Origin: an uncultured Nevskia sp.
GTDB taxonomy: Bacteria > Pseudomonadota > Gammaproteobacteria > Nevskiales > Nevskiaceae
Assembly: GCA_964451925.1 (NCBI GenBank)
Contig: CAYVKA010000019.1
Span: 2,136 to 66,135 of the forward strand
Length of the DNA stretch: 64,000 nucleotides
Reading direction: 5' to 3'
Shown here: positions 59,764 through 64,000 of the stretch, piece by piece
Position numbering within the stretch: the stretch's first letter is position 1
Layout of the letters: every line of letters begins with the position of its first letter
The notes under the pieces: model-generated
The model's database searches: none
What the model saw: only the letters and a program-made list of their open reading frames with translations
Told to the model about the DNA's origin: nothing
Made by a program: the position numbers and the translations under genes

Positions 59764-60821
59764 AAGTCGCGCTGATTGGTGCGGGATCGTCGGTCGGAAG
59801 ACATCTGCTACTTCGTAACGACCCAAGGTTTATCGGGATTTATCGGAGCGCCAAAGCCCTGTCGCAATTGTGCGATTTGGATTTGGGTGATCGCTTGATT
59901 AGGGCATCCAATCCCGCCGCCTTGTCAGCGGCCATCAAAGGCTGCGATACGGTAGTCACGCTGATCAATGATGAGAACCCAAGATCAGCCCTGCTAAGCT
60001 TGCGTCAAACGATGGATGCATGTGTGGCGGCTGGAGTAAGGCAACTGATCCACATCAGTTCGGCGGCCATTTACGGGCGTAATGCGCATCAGGTGAGGAG
60101 TGTCGACGCAGCCGGGCCCTCGCTGACGTGGAGTTCCTATGCTGCGGGCAAGCAATGGCAAGAGAATTTCCTTAAGCAGAGCGCTGCCCGTTTACACTCG
60201 GTTGTTGTGCTTAGACCTGGATTGATCTGGGGGCCAGGTATGGCTTGGCTACATGTTCCCGCTGGGGACGTACTACGCGGTGAAGCTTGGATCGCGGAGG
60301 GGGATGCGCCATGCAATCTTGTGCACATTGATTTGTTAACGCATGCAATCGTCAGCTATGCCGAATCGTGTCCGTCGGGGCTATCGTTCTGCAATCTATT
60401 CGACCGTAAGCGAATGACCTGGAGCGAATATTACAGGCGTATTGCTCAGAGTCTCAAAGTTGAACATCTTGATATTCATGTGATTCCACGTAAAGCGTCA
60501 CCACCCTGGCTACGTAACGCTAATGCCCCGAGATTTATGTTTCCGCTAGGATTGGGTTGGAGCGTATCGCCAAGGCCGCTCAAGGATTTTGTGAAGACTT
60601 TGGTACGGAGCATTCCGAAAAAAAAACGGCCGAACGGCGTGCAAATTTGCGGTATGGGTACACAACATCTGTCAATCAATCGCGAAATGTGGGAGTTGAA
60701 GACCGTGCAGGGATTGCCGCCACACAACCAGGCACTCGAGCAGTTACACGATAGTTTGCCTCGTAGCGAATCTGAGCAGTGGGCTGAAATCGGCAAATTG
60801 GACCGATGGCTGTGGATTTGA
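59760..60821 (+). CDS. NAD-dependent epimerase/dehydratase-like protein (atypical SDR)
   Basis: ALIGAGSSVG (degenerate glycine motif), HISSAAIYG, YAAGK, LRPGLIWGPG. Confidence 0.8.
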   Translation: MKVALIGAGSSVGRHLLLRNDPRFIGIYRSAKALSQLCDLDLGDRLIRASNPAALSAAIKGCDTVVTLINDENPRSALLSLRQTMDACVAAGVRQLIHISSAAIYGRNAHQVRSVDAAGPSLTWSSYAAGKQWQENFLKQSAARLHSVVVLRPGLIWGPGMAWLHVPAGDVLRGEAWIAEGDAPCNLVHIDLLTHAIVSYAESCPSGLSFCNLFDRKRMTWSEYYRRIAQSLKVEHLDIHVIPRKASPPWLRNANAPRFMFPLGLGWSVSPRPLKDFVKTLVRSIPKKKRPNGVQICGMGTQHLSINREMWELKTVQGLPPHNQALEQLHDSLPRSESEQWAEIGKLDRWLWI

Positions 60822-62071
60822 ATGCAGGTATGAGAGTCCTTTACCTGAGTCCTCTTGTACCGGCCATCTCTGGTAGTGGAGGCAAGAGAGCCGTTTATAA
60901 CCACCTCAACGCGCTTAGCAATAACTCTGCACTAGATGTGGATGTGGTGGCAATTGATGAGGAAGCCAAAGGAGAGCGGTGGCCGGTCGAGCTTGTTTTG
61001 TTTTCTGCGCGAGTCTTTCCTCGGGGGCTTCCGCGGGTTGGGACAGGTGTGGTCGGTGTTGCTGGCGCGCTGCGACAAATATTATTGGATCCCGCTCCGC
61101 GTGCTGCTGCTGTACTCAAGTCGCAGCCTGCAATCGAGTGCATCAAAGAAATGCTCGGTAGAGTAGCCTACGATCTTGTGATTGTTGACTTACTCAAGGC
61201 CTATGCCTTGATCGACAAACTGCAAATTAATGCACCGATCGTCTATCTCGCTCACAACGTTGAGGCGGAAATTTACCGCGATCGGTGGCGCCATACTCCA
61301 TTGCTGTCGCTTGGAAAATGGTTCTCTGGTCTGGAGTATTTCAAGACTCTGCGTTATGAGCGACGGCTTTTAAACAGAGCTGTAAGCGTCATCGCTATCT
61401 CCTCCGGTGATATAGGAGTGGGTTCATTCAAAGAGATTGTTAAAAAGCTTAGCTGCTGGCCCGAGTTGCCGACCCCTCAGTTACGACAGTGGTCCCTTCC
61501 TGCAAGGAAAACACTATTATTCGTCGGATCGGCTCAATACTTCCCCAATCGCGACGCCATCGAATGGCTTGCGAATGAATTGATGCCGCGTATAGCCGAG
61601 ATTGACTCTGAAATCCGCCTTAAGGTCGTGGGTACTCGTAAAGACGAGGTGGCATTGGCGGTCGGTGGCAGCAATGTAGAGTTTCTAGGCTTTGTTTCCC
61701 ATGAAGAGTTGGTATCACTGCACTACGATGCTGATTTGTTCATTAGCCCGGTAGTGTTGGGTAGCGGGATCAAAATCAAAGTGCTGGAAGCGTCGGCATT
61801 TGGTATGCCCATCGCTGCAACAATCGAATCATTGCGTGGTGTCGACTATCTCGATGGCGCAGCCCATGTGATTGACCGTCAGGCGGCGGATGGGACGGCC
61901 ACATCTATAGTTAATCTTGTCAACGCGCAACAGTCCCTGAACGATATGCATCATGCGACAGTTGAAGGTCTAAAGCGGGCGATTGAGAGGCGTGACAGCC
62001 TTGCGAGTTTGCTGTTGAAGGCAATTCCGGCGACTTCTACTCATAAAATCAAACTCGCCGTAGATAGATGA
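60806..62071 (+). CDS. Glycosyltransferase family 4
   Basis: SGGKRAVYN, AHNVE, FVGSAQYFPNRDAIEW, GSGIKIKVLEA..G.P. The start may be ATG 60830. Confidence 0.88.
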   Translation: MAVDLNAGMRVLYLSPLVPAISGSGGKRAVYNHLNALSNNSALDVDVVAIDEEAKGERWPVELVLFSARVFPRGLPRVGTGVVGVAGALRQILLDPAPRAAAVLKSQPAIECIKEMLGRVAYDLVIVDLLKAYALIDKLQINAPIVYLAHNVEAEIYRDRWRHTPLLSLGKWFSGLEYFKTLRYERRLLNRAVSVIAISSGDIGVGSFKEIVKKLSCWPELPTPQLRQWSLPARKTLLFVGSAQYFPNRDAIEWLANELMPRIAEIDSEIRLKVVGTRKDEVALAVGGSNVEFLGFVSHEELVSLHYDADLFISPVVLGSGIKIKVLEASAFGMPIAATIESLRGVDYLDGAAHVIDRQAADGTATSIVNLVNAQQSLNDMHHATVEGLKRAIERRDSLASLLLKAIPATSTHKIKLAVDR

Positions 62072-62078
62072 GACGCGA

Positions 62079-62819
62079 ATGATCTCAGTATGCATGGCAG
62101 TCTTCAATGGTGAGCACTATCTTGAGGAGCAGCTCCACTCGATTCTTTCGCAGCTATCTGCCGACGATGAAATTATCATAGTTAATGATTGCTCTCAGGA
62201 TGGCTCGACAGCGCTAGTTCGAGCCATTGCGGATCCACGGATTCTGTTACTTGAAAACTCTAAAAATTGCGGCCCTGTAGCTTCTTTCGAGCGCGCTATA
62301 TCTGCTGCTACTGGACAGTATATTTTTTTGTCGGACCAAGATGACATTTGGATGCCTGGTAAGGTGGAATTGGTTTGTCGCAATTTAGCTCGCGAAGGTG
62401 TTTTGGTCGTAGTTTCGGACGCCCGTGTCATCAATGACGAAAAAAGGATTTTGCTTGACTCCTTTTTTCAGTTGCGCAATAGCGGCCCAGGGTTCTGGAA
62501 AAATCTGTTTAAGAACGGATTTATAGGATGTTGTATGGCATTCCGTTCGGAGGCCAAGACATTCATATTGCCGTTCCCGGCTAGGATCGCTATGCACGAT
62601 CAATGGGTTGGACTCTGCTGCTGTGTTGCCGGTACTTCCAGTTTCATCGGCGAAAAGTTGATCGATTACCGCAGGCATGAGAGGACGGTCACCCAACTTA
62701 AGCGCGGTTCGTTTCTTTCTGCCGCCGGAAAGCGTGTGCGCTTCGTGTTTTCGATATGTGTCCGTCTCCCGCGCATTTGGTATTGGCGTTTGCATCAAGG
62801 AGTCAACACTGCAAGGTAG
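62079..62819 (+). CDS. Glycosyltransferase family 2 (GT-A)
   Basis: ISVCMAVFNGEHYL, NDCSQD, FLSDQDDIW, GCCMAF, MHDQW, YRRH. Confidence 0.93.
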   Translation: MISVCMAVFNGEHYLEEQLHSILSQLSADDEIIIVNDCSQDGSTALVRAIADPRILLLENSKNCGPVASFERAISAATGQYIFLSDQDDIWMPGKVELVCRNLAREGVLVVVSDARVINDEKRILLDSFFQLRNSGPGFWKNLFKNGFIGCCMAFRSEAKTFILPFPARIAMHDQWVGLCCCVAGTSSFIGEKLIDYRRHERTVTQLKRGSFLSAAGKRVRFVFSICVRLPRIWYWRLHQGVNTAR

Positions 62820-62872
62820 TCAGTAGTGGAATAGGCAGGCACAGCTCGTAGTGTGGTTTGAGTACTGACATC

Positions 62873-64000
62873 ATGACTTCACGGCGCGACTTTTTCTCTC
62901 GTTTTTGCCGGACTGCTAGTGCTGGCGTGGGCGGCGCTTGGCTAGGTTTAAGTCGCCCCGCGTTTAGCGTATCCAATCAGCGTCCAACTCATATCGATGC
63001 CAATCCGACGATTGATTCTCAAAGGTTGGCTGGTGTGGAGGAGCTTAGGGGGCTGGGCACCGCCACTAGAACTGGAAGTGTTTGGCTGGAGTACTACACC
63101 GCCCCAGGAGATGGCGGTGGCGGGTTGTTACTCCTGGATGCGAATGATACTACTTCGATTGACAATCACGGTACGATTTTCCGCTCCAAAGCTGGAGATG
63201 CTTGGAAACGTCCTAACCAATTGGACGTAACTGTTGCTCAGTTCGGTGCGCAGGGGCTGATGACATCTAATGACGCAATAGCTATACAGCGCGCTTGTGA
63301 TGCTGTTTGCCCGGTCGTTGGTGTGGATGAATTTCCTGCCGGCCGCGTTTGGTTGGACGTTCCTCGTCGTGGCTATCTTCTAAATTCGACGTTGAATCTA
63401 ACCAATACTAGGGCTTTAGGCTCCAGACAACGAGATGGATTAACCCTTGAGGGGCCTGGGCATTTCTCTGCGCGGCTAATTGGTGCTGCAGGGGAGGGAC
63501 GGGCCGTAATCGAGACGACGGGCTCGCAATGGCTCACATTGCGAAATCTGCGCATCGAGGCTCATGAGCACAACGGTTCCACTATCGGTATTTATCAAGG
63601 TATCGGACAAGTACTTCCCGAGACCCAAAATCAGAAATTTGAGCGGATATACATCGATCTGCCGGACAATGCAGCCGCCAACAACGGTATTGGTTCTATT
63701 GGAATTCTAAATTTTGGTGCCGAGGAAAACACCTATGAATGCTGTTACGTAACCGCAAACGCGCCAGCAATCTTCACCGCCGAAGATTTTGGTTATAAAC
63801 ATAGCTACGTGTCACAGTTGAGCGCTCATTCGCTCGGCATGACAACTTTTATCGGTGAAAATTTTCTCGTCTCTAAGAATGCACGTTCGCCATCGCTCGC
63901 TACCCAAGATGTTGATACCTTTTATGCACCTTCGCTGTTTCTCGCCAACATTGGCGCTGGTGGCGACAATCGGCATGCTTGGCAGATACGTGGCGGATTT
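62873..64000 (+). CDS. Tat-signal, tailspike-like / pectate-lyase-like beta-helix protein (3' truncated; absent from the ORF track)
   Basis: Hand translation gives 376 codons with no stop: MTSRRDFF Tat motif, YYTAPGDGGGG..D..D.TS.DN.GTI..W.R segment, VTVAQFGAQG..NDAIAIQRA, then Asn/Gly/Ile-rich strand-like sequence. Confidence 0.8.
   Translation, partial: MTSRRDFFSRFCRTASAGVGGAWLGLSRPAFSVSNQRPTHIDANPTIDSQRLAGVEELRGLGTATRTGSVWLEYYTAPGDGGGGLLLLDANDTTSIDNHGTIFRSKAGDAWKRPNQLDVTVAQFGAQGLMTSNDAIAIQRACDAVCPVVGVDEFPAGRVWLDVPRRGYLLNSTLNLTNTRALGSRQRDGLTLEGPGHFSARLIGAAGEGRAVIETTGSQWLTLRNLRIEAHEHNGSTIGIYQGIGQVLPETQNQKFERIYIDLPDNAAANNGIGSIGILNFGAEENTYECCYVTANAPAIFTAEDFGYKHSYVSQLSAHSLGMTTFIGENFLVSKNARSPSLATQDVDTFYAPSLFLANIGAGGDNRHAWQIRGGF

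Overview
Bacterial chromosomal window from a high-GC gammaproteobacterium. Gene content and order suggest a Nevskiales/Xanthomonadales-like organism, but this is inference and was not verified. Positions 1 to about 41.4 kb are a GC-rich housekeeping backbone (about 67-72% in hand-counted lines): lolA-rarA, fluoride riboswitch-crcB-DUF190-USP, serS, deaD, moaADEC, cysI/cysB/cysG, xseB-ispA-dxs split by a VapBC toxin-antitoxin pair, an ECF sigma three-gene unit, parE-parC, htpX, a FimX-like gene, epmB, galE, nth, rnfB, metG, apbC, dcd and rlmKL. From about 41.6 kb to the end lies a lower-GC Wzx/Wzy-dependent capsule/exopolysaccharide locus. It contains rearranged group-4-capsule genes (gfcB-, gfcA- and gfcD-like; no gfcC seen), an IS3 element, wzb/wza/wzc, gmd, wzx, modifying enzymes, glycosyltransferases and a putative wzy. 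The strongest lead is an ORF missing from the supplied track (62873 to the window end, 376 codons with no stop). It has a twin-arginine signal and phage-tailspike-like/pectate-lyase-like motifs, which makes it a candidate host-encoded, Tat-exported capsule depolymerase. Other leads are a perfect FNR box before a membrane diguanylate cyclase, a LexA-like box filling the spacer of a parEC promoter, unusual ParC active-site residues, an ADP-ribosyltransferase-like gene coupled into metG-rnfB-nth, and a compositional junction inside rlmKL. No tRNA, rRNA or CRISPR array was seen. All GC figures are hand samples and all family calls come from motif recognition, not database searches.
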